A stretch of 64,000 nucleotides of DNA from Pseudomonadota bacterium (GTDB lineage: Bacteria > Pseudomonadota > Gammaproteobacteria > Burkholderiales > Burkholderiaceae_B). The stretch's first letter is position 1, and each line of letters begins with the position of its first letter. A program made the position numbers and the translations under genes. Under the pieces are notes generated by a model. That model saw nothing but the letters and a program-made list of their open reading frames with translations. It was not told the origin of the DNA and searched no databases. This document shows positions 46,116 through 56,320 of the stretch, piece by piece. The stretch is taken from positions 17,972 through 81,971 of the forward strand of contig JAEWHK010000037.1 of assembly GCA_023387815.1 (NCBI GenBank). Reading direction: 5' to 3'.

Positions 46116-46472
46116 AATATTTCCCTCTCATGCAAGCATGCCGGATTCCGACACGCTGACTCTTTTTTATGAATGTGCTATGACTGCGTCCTGATTTTAT
46201 ACGGTAACCTGCTACAAAACCCGGCAAAACCCGTAACCGAATGCAAGATGTACATCGCAGCTGAAATAATCCCCGGGTGTCTTCCTGACATTCATTTTCC
46301 GGTTTTCACGGATAAAATAGGTATATGAAAAATATGCTGAATCCAGTTGTGAAAGTTGCGCAGTTCGCGCCGGAAGTTTCCTTTGTGAATCCTTGTCGCA
46401 TCAGCGGCCGATACGTGCTTTCGGCCTGCACAAACGCGTACGCTTTTGCTTGTCGCGGGAGCGCGCATTACC

Positions 46473-47114
46473 ATGGATGAAATTGTCCGCGCCATCACCA
46501 TTTTTGCCATCCCGCTGGTTCTGGGCATCACGCTGCCCGAGGCGGCAAGAGGCTATGTGGCCCATAAGCTCGGAGATCGCACGGCGCTCATGCTGGGCCG
46601 GCTCACGCTCAATCCGGGCAAACATATTGATCCTATCGGTACCATTCTGGTGCCGCTATTGCTGATTGCGCTTAATACCGGCTTTGTGATCGGCTGGCCC
46701 AAACCCATTCCGGTCAACGAAGCGAATTTTGCGCAGCCCAAACGGGATAGTGTCCTGCTGGCACTGGCCCGGCCGCTGGCCAATCTGCTGATGGGAATTA
46801 TCTGGGTCATTACCGCCAGAATACTGCTTGGTGCGGGCCTCATGGATTCCTATTGGTGGAAGGTGGCGCTTGCCGGGTTCCAGCTGAATATTGTCCTGAT
46901 GGTGTTTAATCTGCTGCCTATCCCGCCGATGGATGGAAGCCGTATCATTGCCGGCTTTCTGCCAGCGCGTCAGGCAATTGCCTATATGCGGCTGGAGCCT
47001 TACGGGTTTTTCATTCTGCTCGGACTCATTGCCTTTGGCATATTGCAGGCGGTTCTGCTGCCCGTCATCGGGTTTATTCTGAATCTGCTGGCACAGCTGT
47101 TTCTGTTCGGATAA
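46473..47114 (+). CDS. Site-2 protease (M50) family membrane protein with degenerate zinc motif
   Basis: LGDRTA..GRLTLNP.KHIDPIGT and FNLLPIPPMDG are typical of the family, but HExxH reads PEAAR. Confidence 0.88.
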   Translation: MDEIVRAITIFAIPLVLGITLPEAARGYVAHKLGDRTALMLGRLTLNPGKHIDPIGTILVPLLLIALNTGFVIGWPKPIPVNEANFAQPKRDSVLLALARPLANLLMGIIWVITARILLGAGLMDSYWWKVALAGFQLNIVLMVFNLLPIPPMDGSRIIAGFLPARQAIAYMRLEPYGFFILLGLIAFGILQAVLLPVIGFILNLLAQLFLFG

Positions 47115-47133
47115 ATGTTCGGATAAAAATAAA

Positions 47134-47943
47134 ATGACCACACTCAAAGTCGTCAGTTACAACATTCATAAAGGTAAGTCTGCTTTCGGCAAACGGGTAT
47201 CCCTCATGGACCTGCAAAGCGGCCTGACAGGGCTGGGGGCCGATCTGGTGTTTCTGCAGGAAGTGCAGGGTCGCAACACGCGCGTGGAATGTTTGCATGC
47301 GCAGCAGGATATGCTTGCTTCCCATTTGTCCATGGATGTCTGTTATGGCTGCAATGCGGTGCGCACCGATACGGATCACGGCAATGCGCTGCTCTCGCGC
47401 TTTCGAATTCTGGATCACGAGAACGAAGATATTTCCGATCATCGTCTGGAACAGCGCGGTGTGCTGCATGCCCGGGTCGAAATCGACGGCAGAATGGTTC
47501 ACTGTTTTGTTGCTCACCTTGGTCTGTTTGCCGGTAGTCGTGGTCGTCAGGTTTCGGCAATCATCGAACGCATCAAACGGATGGTGCCTGATGATGAGCC
47601 CCTGATTCTGGCCGGCGACTTCAACGACTGGAACGAAAAACTGGCACCGTATTTTGATCATGAACTCGGCTTGCACGAAGTGTTTGCCAACAGCCCCCTG
47701 CGCGTGGACGCCGAATTGCCACGATTGAAAACCTCGCTGCGCAGCATGATGGACGGTCGAGGTCTGATGTCGGTAGACCAGCTTGCACCTCCACGAACCT
47801 TTCCCGCCATGTTCCCCTGGTTGCGTCTGGATCGCATGTATCAGCGCGGCTTTACCATTTTGTCGGCCCAGGTCCTCAAGGGCCGTCCCTGGACACGCAT
47901 TTCCGACCACGCCCCCATCCTGGCGGAACTGGAACTGGAATGA
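47134..47943 (+). CDS. Endonuclease/exonuclease/phosphatase family protein (YbhP-like)
   Basis: SYNIHKG, LQEV, HGNALLS, AGDFNDW, LDRMY and SDHAP. Confidence 0.92.
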   Translation: MTTLKVVSYNIHKGKSAFGKRVSLMDLQSGLTGLGADLVFLQEVQGRNTRVECLHAQQDMLASHLSMDVCYGCNAVRTDTDHGNALLSRFRILDHENEDISDHRLEQRGVLHARVEIDGRMVHCFVAHLGLFAGSRGRQVSAIIERIKRMVPDDEPLILAGDFNDWNEKLAPYFDHELGLHEVFANSPLRVDAELPRLKTSLRSMMDGRGLMSVDQLAPPRTFPAMFPWLRLDRMYQRGFTILSAQVLKGRPWTRISDHAPILAELELE

Positions 47944-47966
47944 ATCGCGCCAAGGAACACGCAACC

Positions 47967-48920
47967 ATGATAAAAAAAATCCTGATAGTCCGTTCGTCTT
48001 CTCTCGGAGATCTGGTGCATATGCTGCCGGCCATCTCTGATATTCATTCGCACTTTCCCGAAGCGCAGATTGACTGGGTTGTCGAAGAAAATTTCGCTGA
48101 AATCCCTGCCTGGCATCCGGCCGTGCACGAGGTGATTGTGATTTCCCATCGTCGCTGGCGTAAAAAATGGCTGTCGCGCGAGACCACAGTGGAGCGTCGC
48201 GCCTTCGTTCAGAATCTGCGTCAGCGAGACTACGACATTGTGCTGGACATGCAGGGGCTCATGAAGTCTGCCTGGGTGGTGCGCCAGGCAAAGGGACGTC
48301 GCCACGGTCTGGACTGGCACTCTGCAAGAGAGTCGCTGGCTTCTCTTTTTTATGACGAGCGTCATAAAGTTGAGTTCTGGCAGCCTGCCGTTCAGCGCCA
48401 GCGACTATTGGCATCGCTTGCCCTGAAATACACCTACATCGGTGCGCCCGATTTCGGCCTGCAGCGTTTCACCGACAATACGCCCATACAGGATTACGCG
48501 GTCATCATGCCCTCGGCAAGTCGCGACGACAAACTCTGGCCCGAGCAGGACTGGCTTGAGGTCTTTGGCATTCTGAAAGAGGCCGGTCTTGGTTTGAAAC
48601 TGCTGGCGGGCAATGAAAAGGAAACCGCAAGGGCACAGGCGCTTATTCGGGATTTCGATAATGCCGAAGTTTTGCCACGAATGTCATTAACCGAAGTTGC
48701 TACACTGTTGGCAGCCTGCAGAATCATGGTTGGCCTCGATAGCGGTCTGACTCATCTGGCGGCGGCACTTGGGCGTCCTACCATCGGCATTTACAGCGCA
48801 TCCACACCGGTACGCACGCCGCTGGAGGGTTCGGGCTTTACCGCCAGCCTGGGTGACCGCGGGGTACCGCCGACACGTGACATGGTCGTATCAAAACTGA
48901 AACAGGCTTTGCAGGCCTGA
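47967..48920 (+). CDS. waaC: Lipopolysaccharide heptosyltransferase I
   Basis: ILIVRSSSLGDLVH, IDWVVEE.F, DMQGLMKSA and GLDSGLTHLAAA; adjacent to waaA. Confidence 0.92.
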   Translation: MIKKILIVRSSSLGDLVHMLPAISDIHSHFPEAQIDWVVEENFAEIPAWHPAVHEVIVISHRRWRKKWLSRETTVERRAFVQNLRQRDYDIVLDMQGLMKSAWVVRQAKGRRHGLDWHSARESLASLFYDERHKVEFWQPAVQRQRLLASLALKYTYIGAPDFGLQRFTDNTPIQDYAVIMPSASRDDKLWPEQDWLEVFGILKEAGLGLKLLAGNEKETARAQALIRDFDNAEVLPRMSLTEVATLLAACRIMVGLDSGLTHLAAALGRPTIGIYSASTPVRTPLEGSGFTASLGDRGVPPTRDMVVSKLKQALQA

Positions 48921-48963
48921 TAGAAAGACTCCTTGTCCTTGTACCGGCACCAAGAATCACAAC

Positions 48964-50349
48964 ATGAATCGCTTCTTTTATACCGCAACCCTTAGACTGG
49001 CTTCCCCGCTGCTGCTGTGGTGGCTGCAGCGTCGTGCACGCAGGGCGGGCGGTGTCTGGGATATCCGCGGCGACGAGCGTTTCGGCCGATACGCGCAACG
49101 TGCACAGTCCGGCCCGCGCGATGAAGACGATGGCTATGCCGAAACGGTTTTCGGTTTTTCCAGGCCTGTCTGGGTGCATGCCGTCAGCCTGGGTGAGACA
49201 CGTGCAGCCCAGCCGCTGGTTCAGGCATTGCTGGATCAGGGCCTGCCCGTGCTGCTCACGCATTTTACCGAGACGGGCCGATCTATCGGCGCCAAGCTTT
49301 TTGCGCCTGCCATCAATACCGGCAGACTGTGCCAGGCATGGATGCCTTACGATTTTCCGGAAGCAGTGCAGGGGTTTCTGAACTACTGGAAGCCGCGGTG
49401 CTGCATCCTGATTGAACGCGAAATCTGGCCCAATCTGGTGGCCGAAAGCAAGAAACAGAAGATCCCCGTGGTGGTGGCCAGTGCCCGTTTCTCACCGTCT
49501 TCCCTGAGGCGCGGCCAGTTATTGGGCAGCGTTCTGCGCAAGGCACTCACCAGTATTGATCTGATCCTGACGCAGACACATTTCGATTCTGCACGGCTGG
49601 CCGATATTGGCGTCAAGCGGACGCGCGTGGTCGGCAATCTGAAGTTCGATCTGCGCATTTCCACCGAACAGTCGCATATGGGGCAGGTGGCGCGCCGACA
49701 TATTGGCCGGCAGGTCATTGCGATTGCAAGTCTTCGCGAGGGCGAAGATGAACCGTTTGCCCAGGCGATTGCACAGACCATCAAAACCCAGAAGGGCACA
49801 GCACCCGCCCCATCCGGCACAGGCCCGGCGGGCGCTAACGGCGAGTCTGTCAATCCCACGCCTCTGTTTGTGGTGGTGCCTCGGCATCCTCAGCGTTTCG
49901 ATGAAGTCGCCAGTGTGCTTAAGGAGCATGGACTTGATTTCTGCCGACGCAGTGACATGCCCACCGACAGCCAGCTGCGTACGGTCGACGTGATGCTGGG
50001 TGATTCGGTTGGTGAAATGTTTTTCTTTTATGGCATGGCCGATGTCGCCATCGTGGCCGGCAGCTTTGCCGAACTGGGCGGCCAGAATCACATTGAAGCC
50101 AGTGCACTGGGTCTGCCCGTGATCGTTGGCCCGCATACCCGAAACTTTCAGCAGTCGGTTGAAGATGCCCTGACCGAAGGCGCGGCCCGGCGTGCCCAGA
50201 CACCGGCCGAAGCAGTGGCGCTGGCTCTGAAGATATTGCAGAATCCCGAACTGCGCCTGGGCATGAGTCGTGCCGCCAAGGAATGGCTCTCCCTGCATGA
50301 AGGCGCAACCGACAGGATCATGTCGGCGCTGCAACCTTATTTGAAATAG
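48964..50349 (+). CDS. waaA: 3-deoxy-D-manno-octulosonic acid (Kdo) transferase
   Basis: WVHAVSLGE, EREIWPN, GNLKFD, VPRHPQRF and GGQNHIE. Confidence 0.95.
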   Translation: MNRFFYTATLRLASPLLLWWLQRRARRAGGVWDIRGDERFGRYAQRAQSGPRDEDDGYAETVFGFSRPVWVHAVSLGETRAAQPLVQALLDQGLPVLLTHFTETGRSIGAKLFAPAINTGRLCQAWMPYDFPEAVQGFLNYWKPRCCILIEREIWPNLVAESKKQKIPVVVASARFSPSSLRRGQLLGSVLRKALTSIDLILTQTHFDSARLADIGVKRTRVVGNLKFDLRISTEQSHMGQVARRHIGRQVIAIASLREGEDEPFAQAIAQTIKTQKGTAPAPSGTGPAGANGESVNPTPLFVVVPRHPQRFDEVASVLKEHGLDFCRRSDMPTDSQLRTVDVMLGDSVGEMFFFYGMADVAIVAGSFAELGGQNHIEASALGLPVIVGPHTRNFQQSVEDALTEGAARRAQTPAEAVALALKILQNPELRLGMSRAAKEWLSLHEGATDRIMSALQPYLK

Positions 50350-50352
50350 ATT

Positions 50353-51213
50353 ATGTCGTTATTGCCAAGTGCTTCCGTCTTGCAGAAGACGCTTTATTCA
50401 GCTTTGCCGGATTTTGCCGGGATCGCCTGGGTTGAGCAGGTGGGCTCGACCAACGTCAACCTGATGCAGGAAGTCAGAAGTACCCAATCGGAAATGGGCC
50501 GGCCGGCGCTGCTGGGCGCGCATACGCAGACCAGTGGCCGGGGCAGGGCGGGGCGCAAGTGGCAGGATACACCGGGCTCCACGCTCATGTTTTCCTGCGC
50601 CTATGATGTATTTGTGCCACCTGCCCGTCTGCCGATGCTGGCTCCTGTGGCGGGCATCGTTGCCTGCGAGCAGCTGCGCAAAATCGCCGGCCCTGCCGTG
50701 CAGGATCGCCTGCTCATGAAATGGCCCAATGACATTCTTTATGACCAGGCCAAGCTGTCGGGGCTGCTGGTTGAATCCACCCGCCCTGCAAAACGCGAAT
50801 CGCAGCATCACCATGTGGTGATTGTCGGCATGGGCATGAACCTGTCGAGTGCGGTGGAACTGACGCGGCATCTGGGCCGCAAGGTGGCCGACTGGACATC
50901 GGTACTGAGTGATATCAACGGAGACACCGGCCCCTCGGAAGACATTGCGCTTCTCGTGGCGCGAATCGCGCGGGCCTGGCGTGATGCTTTCGCCCAGTAC
51001 GAGCAGCAGGGGTTCGAGGCCTTTATGGAGCGTCACCATCAGATTGACGCTTTGCACGAACAGGACGTCAATGTCGTGGTGGATGACCGGGTCGTGCTGT
51101 CCGGCCCGGCTCGGGGTGTCAACAATGATGCATGTCTGCTGGTAGAAAGCGATGCACGCCTGCACGCCATCACCATCGGCGATATTTCCATCCGGCCCAG
51201 GAATCAGGACTGA
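50353..51213 (+). CDS. birA: Biotin--protein ligase (no N-terminal HTH)
   Basis: GSTN, QTSGRGRAGRKW, KWPND and KLSGLLVE. Confidence 0.95.
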   Translation: MSLLPSASVLQKTLYSALPDFAGIAWVEQVGSTNVNLMQEVRSTQSEMGRPALLGAHTQTSGRGRAGRKWQDTPGSTLMFSCAYDVFVPPARLPMLAPVAGIVACEQLRKIAGPAVQDRLLMKWPNDILYDQAKLSGLLVESTRPAKRESQHHHVVIVGMGMNLSSAVELTRHLGRKVADWTSVLSDINGDTGPSEDIALLVARIARAWRDAFAQYEQQGFEAFMERHHQIDALHEQDVNVVVDDRVVLSGPARGVNNDACLLVESDARLHAITIGDISIRPRNQD

Positions 51214-51217
51214 ACCC

Positions 51218-52036
51218 ATGTCTATTGTTCTCCTCGACGCAGGCAATTCGCGGGTCAAAGTCTCGGTTTTTGATCCATCCGGCACAGATACTGGCAATGA
51301 GTCGATGCGTACCTCGCCAGTACGTACCTTTACGCCCGATGCCCTCAATACGCTGGCCGATCTGGTAGCGAACCTGGCGCAGCCACCGCAACGAGCCATA
51401 GGCGTCAGTGTGACGACCGATGCCATCCGCCGGGAACTCGATGCCATTCTGGCGCCGTGCCCCATCGAATGGCTGACTCCCGGTACGCAATTATTGCGAC
51501 TGAAAAACCGCTATCACAATCCTGCCGAACTGGGTCCGGATCGCTGGCTGGGTCTGCTGGGTATTCTCATGAGCCGCCCCGTGGACGGCCCCATGATGCT
51601 GGTCAGTTTTGGAACGGCCACCACCATTGATACCATTGATGGTCACGAAACCTTTCTGGGCGGACTGATTCTGCCCGGTGTCAGCATGATGCAGTCTTCG
51701 CTCGGGTCAGGGACCGCCCGACTACCCATTGCTCCCATGCCCGGGCAGCGCTGGCCGGCATTCCCACAAAATACACAGGCGGCGATCGCAACGGGCATTG
51801 TCGCGGCGCAGACCGGCGCCGTTCTCCGTCAGTGGGAGCAGGTCGTGGAACAGCTCGGACAGGCCCCTCTCGTGTTTGTCACCGGCGGTGCGCGCGCCGC
51901 CATTCTCCCGGAACTACAGGCCCGTCTTGATTCATGCAGCGTGGACAGGGGATTTGGTACAATACCGCTAATCGAGTGCGAGTCGCCGGTTCTTGACGGG
52001 CTGCGCGCCGTTGCTCAGGACTCACGGGACGCCTAG
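51218..52036 (+). CDS. coaX: Type III pantothenate kinase
   Basis: LDAGNSRVK, LGPDRW, FGTATTID and GGLILPG; follows birA. Confidence 0.93.
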   Translation: MSIVLLDAGNSRVKVSVFDPSGTDTGNESMRTSPVRTFTPDALNTLADLVANLAQPPQRAIGVSVTTDAIRRELDAILAPCPIEWLTPGTQLLRLKNRYHNPAELGPDRWLGLLGILMSRPVDGPMMLVSFGTATTIDTIDGHETFLGGLILPGVSMMQSSLGSGTARLPIAPMPGQRWPAFPQNTQAAIATGIVAAQTGAVLRQWEQVVEQLGQAPLVFVTGGARAAILPELQARLDSCSVDRGFGTIPLIECESPVLDGLRAVAQDSRDA

Positions 52037-52037
52037 A

Positions 52038-52199
52038 ATGCGCACTCTCTTTTTCATCATCGTCGCGGCCAATCTTCTTACTTACGGACTGGGCGCCGGC
52101 TGGTTCGGCCTCAAACCCGGCGAAACCCGCATGGGCGCTGCCGTTCGCACCCCCACTGAATTTCGTCCCGGCGCGATTGAAGTCGGACCTTTAAAATAA
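52038..52199 (+). CDS. Small (53 aa) membrane-anchored hypothetical protein
   Basis: MRTLFFIIVAANLLTYGLGAGWFG hydrophobic N-terminus; fills the gap between coaX and the next gene (TAATG overlap). Confidence 0.65.
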   Translation: MRTLFFIIVAANLLTYGLGAGWFGLKPGETRMGAAVRTPTEFRPGAIEVGPLK

Positions 52200-52879
52200 T
52201 GGCAATTCGAACCGAAGCTTTTGGCGCCACCGGCGCTGCAGGACATATTGATTGCGTCATCGACTGGCCGGATCAGTCTGATCCCGATACGCCCCTTCGT
52301 GGGTGGGCGCTGGTTCTGCATCCCCATCCCCTGCACGAAGGCACACGCAACAACAAGGTCGTCACTACCCTGGCCCGCGCTTACGCACAGGCCGGTTACG
52401 CCGCCATTCGCCCCGATTTCCGCGGTGTCGGCAAATCAGACGGCACCTTCGACAAGTCTCGCGGCGAAACAGAGGATATGCAGCTGCTGATCCAGGCCTT
52501 TCTGAAGGCTCATCCCGAGCTTGAAGGCAAGCCCTGGCTGCTGGCCGGTTTCTCATTTGGCACTTCGGTGGCGGCGCAGCTGTATTCGGTGCTTGCCGAA
52601 GAAAAAAGTCAGCCTTTGCCGCAGCTGCTCACCCTGGTGGGGACCGCAGTGAAGCGCTTCGTCTGGCGCGACGTTCAGCTGCCGGAAAATATTATTGTCA
52701 TACATGGCGAGCGTGATGACGTCGTGCCCTTACAGGAAGTGTTTGACTGGATTGCCGACTACCGCGTACCGGTCTCTGTCATCCCGCAGGCAACTCATTT
52801 CTTCCATGGCTATCTGGTCGAACTGAAAAAACTGGCGCTGGGCGCACTGCAGCAGATCACAGACAACAGCAGGCTGTAA
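52199..52879 (+). CDS. Alpha/beta hydrolase
   Basis: HPHPLHEGT.NNKVV, FRGVGKS, GFSFG nucleophile, HGERDDVV and HFFHG. Confidence 0.92.
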   Translation: MAIRTEAFGATGAAGHIDCVIDWPDQSDPDTPLRGWALVLHPHPLHEGTRNNKVVTTLARAYAQAGYAAIRPDFRGVGKSDGTFDKSRGETEDMQLLIQAFLKAHPELEGKPWLLAGFSFGTSVAAQLYSVLAEEKSQPLPQLLTLVGTAVKRFVWRDVQLPENIIVIHGERDDVVPLQEVFDWIADYRVPVSVIPQATHFFHGYLVELKKLALGALQQITDNSRL

Positions 52880-52959
52880 GGTATTTTGCGCGCTAAGCGC
52901 TTATAATTTCATTTTGCAGGCAGCCCTGTCCCAACCTTCTCATATCCGGATCCACTTCA

Positions 52960-54267
52960 ATGTTCTTACGTCGTGTCGTTCTCATCCTGATCATCGTCCT
53001 GATCGCAGGCGGTGCATTTGTCTTCTTCAACAAAAACAACAATACTGCGCCTGCCGGCAACGCACAGACAGCAGCAGGGACGGGTACCACGCAGACCTTG
53101 TCAAACACACTGGCGACACCTTCGCAGGCTCCTGCTCAGAATTCGCGTTCCAGTGTGCCCGTGACCAATGCGGAAACACCGGTACTGAGTCAGGTCGCCG
53201 GCATGACACCGCCACAAAGCACCGTCAAATCCTGGTTCCTGATTGATGCTACTTCCGGTCAGATTCTGGGCAACCAGGACCCGGATCTGAAGGTTGCACC
53301 TGCCTCTCTCACCAAACTGATGACCGCCAGCCTGGTCTTTTCTGCGCTCGACGAAAACCGCATCCGCCCCGAACAGGAAGTCACGGTGTCAGAAAAAGCC
53401 TGGCGCACCGGTGGTTCGCGCATGTTCATCAAGGTCAATACCCAGGTGTCCATCGATGACCTGGTCAAGGGCATGATCGTTCAGTCCGGTAATGACGCGA
53501 CCATTCAGCTGGCCGAAACCGTTGCCGGCAGTGAAGATGTGTTCGTCAGTCAGATGAACAAGGAAGCGCAGGCGTTTGGCATGACCAACACCCACTTTAC
53601 CGATCCTACCGGTCTGCCTGCACCTGACCACTTCACGACAGTGCGTGATCTGTCCATTCTGGCGCAGCACATCATCAAGGATCATCCCAAGTACTACCAC
53701 TATTTCAGCCAGCCCGAGTTTACGTACAACAAAATCCGTCAGCACAACCGCAACGGCTTGTTGTCGCGCAATATCGGCGTGGATGGCCTCAAAACCGGCC
53801 ATACTGAAGATGCCGGCTATTGCCTGATTGCTGCCGCAAAACGGGATGATCGTCGTCTTATTTCAGTTGTGGTCGGTGCGGCCACTGTGCGCGAACGCGA
53901 GCAGTTCAGTCAGAACCTGCTGGACTGGGGCTATCAGAATTTTGTTTCCCGCCAGCTGGCTGCTGCCGGCTCTCCGCTGCTGAGCCCCCGCGTCTGGGAA
54001 GGCACCACGAAAGAAGTGAAGCTGGGTTCCGCTGACGGCGTCAGCATCACCGTGCCACGTGGCATGGAAGACAAGGTACAGACCCTGACGCAGATCAATG
54101 GCAAACTGGTTGCCCCGCTGTCCAAAGGTCAGACCGTGGGCAATGTGCAGTTCGTGCTCAATGGCAAGGTATTGAAACAGGAATCGCTGACGGTGCTGGA
54201 AGACGTGCCTCAGGCCGGTTTCTTCGCCCGCATGTGGGACAAAGTCGTAGGCAGTTTCAGCAGCTGA
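52960..54267 (+). CDS. D-alanyl-D-alanine carboxypeptidase (PBP5/6, peptidase S11)
   Basis: SxxK (ASLTK), SxN (SGND) and KTG motifs; N-terminal TM anchor plus Thr/Ala-rich linker. Confidence 0.95.
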   Translation: MFLRRVVLILIIVLIAGGAFVFFNKNNNTAPAGNAQTAAGTGTTQTLSNTLATPSQAPAQNSRSSVPVTNAETPVLSQVAGMTPPQSTVKSWFLIDATSGQILGNQDPDLKVAPASLTKLMTASLVFSALDENRIRPEQEVTVSEKAWRTGGSRMFIKVNTQVSIDDLVKGMIVQSGNDATIQLAETVAGSEDVFVSQMNKEAQAFGMTNTHFTDPTGLPAPDHFTTVRDLSILAQHIIKDHPKYYHYFSQPEFTYNKIRQHNRNGLLSRNIGVDGLKTGHTEDAGYCLIAAAKRDDRRLISVVVGAATVREREQFSQNLLDWGYQNFVSRQLAAAGSPLLSPRVWEGTTKEVKLGSADGVSITVPRGMEDKVQTLTQINGKLVAPLSKGQTVGNVQFVLNGKVLKQESLTVLEDVPQAGFFARMWDKVVGSFSS

Positions 54268-54332
54268 GTCTGGTTGTTACTCCAGGATTTGATTGTTTCT
54301 TCTGAGTTTGATCGTTTCTCATTAGGCAGAGT

Positions 54333-55202
54333 GTGGTGATACAGGGTATTGACAGTGACAGCATCGTTTACCTCAACGGTGACTATGTCCGTGCTGATGA
54401 GGCAAAAATTTCGGTGTTTGACCGCGGTTTTATCTTTGGGGACGGCGTTTATGAAGTGGTGCCGGCCTACAATCGCAAACCGTTCAGGCTGAATGAACAT
54501 TTGCAGCGCCTGGAGCGCAGCTTGAACGCCATCAAACTGGCTACCGGTAAAACCACCGAATTCTGGGCATCGCTGATGCAGGACATGATCGCCCGTGCTG
54601 CCACAGACGATTCCTTTATTTATCTGCAGGTGACGCGTGGCGTCGCAAAGCGCGAGCATATTTTTCCCGTGCCGCCGGTGGAACCTACCATTTTCTGCTC
54701 CAGCGGTCCGTTCATCCGTCCCACCGCAGAACAGCGTGAACGTGGGATCCGTGTGATTTCTGCGATCGATGAACGCTGGCTGCACTGCGATATCAAGTCT
54801 GTGTCGCTGCTCGGTAACGTGCTGGCACGTCAGATGGCCGCCGAGCGGGGCGTGGACGAAGTCATACAGTTTCGCGACGATCTGCTTACCGAAGGGTCGC
54901 TTAGTAATATGTGGGTGGTCAGCAAGGGAACACTGCTGGCACCCGTCAAAAACAATTTCATCCTGGAAGGCATCCGCTACGGTCTGCTGGCTACGCTGGC
55001 CGAGCGGGCCGGCATCCCGTTTGAAGCACGCAACATCACGCGTGCCGAGGTCTTTGCCGCCGATGAAATTCTTGTCACCTCCGCAACCAAAGAGGTGCTG
55101 CCGGTCCTGGAACTGGACGGTGCACCAGTTGGAAACGGGCAACCCGGCCCCATATATAGGAAACTAAGGGCAGAATATGACAAGGAAATATCCCGACTAT
55201 GA
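54333..55202 (+). CDS. D-amino acid aminotransferase (PLP fold type IV)
   Basis: DRGFIFGDGVYEV, YLQVTRG, CDIKSVSLL, EGSLSN and ILEGIR. Confidence 0.9.
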   Translation: MVIQGIDSDSIVYLNGDYVRADEAKISVFDRGFIFGDGVYEVVPAYNRKPFRLNEHLQRLERSLNAIKLATGKTTEFWASLMQDMIARAATDDSFIYLQVTRGVAKREHIFPVPPVEPTIFCSSGPFIRPTAEQRERGIRVISAIDERWLHCDIKSVSLLGNVLARQMAAERGVDEVIQFRDDLLTEGSLSNMWVVSKGTLLAPVKNNFILEGIRYGLLATLAERAGIPFEARNITRAEVFAADEILVTSATKEVLPVLELDGAPVGNGQPGPIYRKLRAEYDKEISRL

Positions 55203-55477
55203 TGAAAGACATCCCACCAGAGCAATCCCTGATCGAATACCCCTGTGACTTTCCCATCAAGGTCATGGGCGTTCAGCATCCCGAACTGGCCCAGATCCTC
55301 TCGGACGTCGTGCTGCTGCACGATCCGGAATTTGACCCCGCTACGGTAGAAATGCGTCCCAGCAGCAAGGGCAACTATATTGGTTTGACTTTCACGATCC
55401 GTGCCACGTCTCGCGAGCAATTGGACACGCTTTACCGCGCGCTGCACGGCCACGAACTGGTCAAAATCGTGCTGTGA
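55199..55477 (+). CDS. YbeD/DUF493 family protein
   Basis: [15 protein letters not shown]...RPSSKGNY; upstream of lipB. Confidence 0.92.
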   Translation: MMKDIPPEQSLIEYPCDFPIKVMGVQHPELAQILSDVVLLHDPEFDPATVEMRPSSKGNYIGLTFTIRATSREQLDTLYRALHGHELVKIVL

Positions 55478-56112
55478 TGCCGGTGCAGGTTCGCCGCCTG
55501 GAAGGGCATACCCCCTACGAGCCGGTGTGGCAGGCCATGAAAACCTTTACCGAAGCGCGTAACCCAGACACCCCGGACGAGATCTGGCTGGTAGAACATC
55601 AGCCGGTCTACACGCTGGGGCAGGCCGGCAAGCCTGAACATCTGCTCAATACGGGCAATATCGAGGTTGTGCGCTCCAATCGTGGCGGCCAGGTCACCTA
55701 TCATGGCCCCGGACAGCTGGTCGTGTATCCGCTGGTGGATCTGCGTCGCAAAAGTCTCTTCGTCAAGGAATACGTGGCACTCATCGAAGATGTTGTCCTG
55801 GAAACCCTGGCAGACTACGGTCTGACTGGCGCCTGTCGTAAAGCGGGTGCGCCCGGAGTCTATGTTCCGTTGCCGGACGGCACGCTGGCCAAAATTGCTG
55901 CCCTGGGCGTCAAAATCACACATGGCTGTGCCTATCACGGTCTTGCCCTGAACGTGGCGATGGACCTTCAGCCCTTTGACGGCATCAATCCTTGCGGTTA
56001 TGCTGGTCTGCCCACGGTGGATCTGCGCACCATGGGCGTGGAAACAACAGTGCAGGAAGCCGGTGAGCGCCTGCTGTCGCATCTGTTGCCCAGATTCAGA
56101 CAGGACGCGTAA
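55477..56112 (+). CDS. lipB: Octanoyltransferase
   Basis: [33 protein letters not shown] and INPCG. Confidence 0.96.
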   Translation: MPVQVRRLEGHTPYEPVWQAMKTFTEARNPDTPDEIWLVEHQPVYTLGQAGKPEHLLNTGNIEVVRSNRGGQVTYHGPGQLVVYPLVDLRRKSLFVKEYVALIEDVVLETLADYGLTGACRKAGAPGVYVPLPDGTLAKIAALGVKITHGCAYHGLALNVAMDLQPFDGINPCGYAGLPTVDLRTMGVETTVQEAGERLLSHLLPRFRQDA

Positions 56113-56160
56113 TTCCGGGAACGACCCAGCTCAAAGTCACAAAACGAGCTTTTTCATCCC

Positions 56161-56198
56161 GCAGAACCCTAAACTTGGGGCAGACTTAGGGTTTTTGC
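56161..56198 (+). terminator. Imperfect hairpin between lipB and lipA, possible terminator
   Basis: GCAGAACCCTAA...TTAGGGTTTTTGC. Confidence 0.4.
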
Positions 56199-56320
56199 TG
56201 ATAAGGTAATATTAAGCGTTAAAATAAAAAGATATTTCATGCGGCATTGCTTCCCGGCTACCCCCAGGGGACAGGCCAGATTGCTGCAACGTCCATTCCC
56301 AAGAGGGCCGTGACACCACC

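Noticed and set aside
46116..46472. Possible ncRNA or riboswitch in the ypfJ / site-2 protease intergenic region
   Set aside because: No recognisable conserved RNA motif or convincing stem pattern by eye; an Rfam/Infernal search would be needed.
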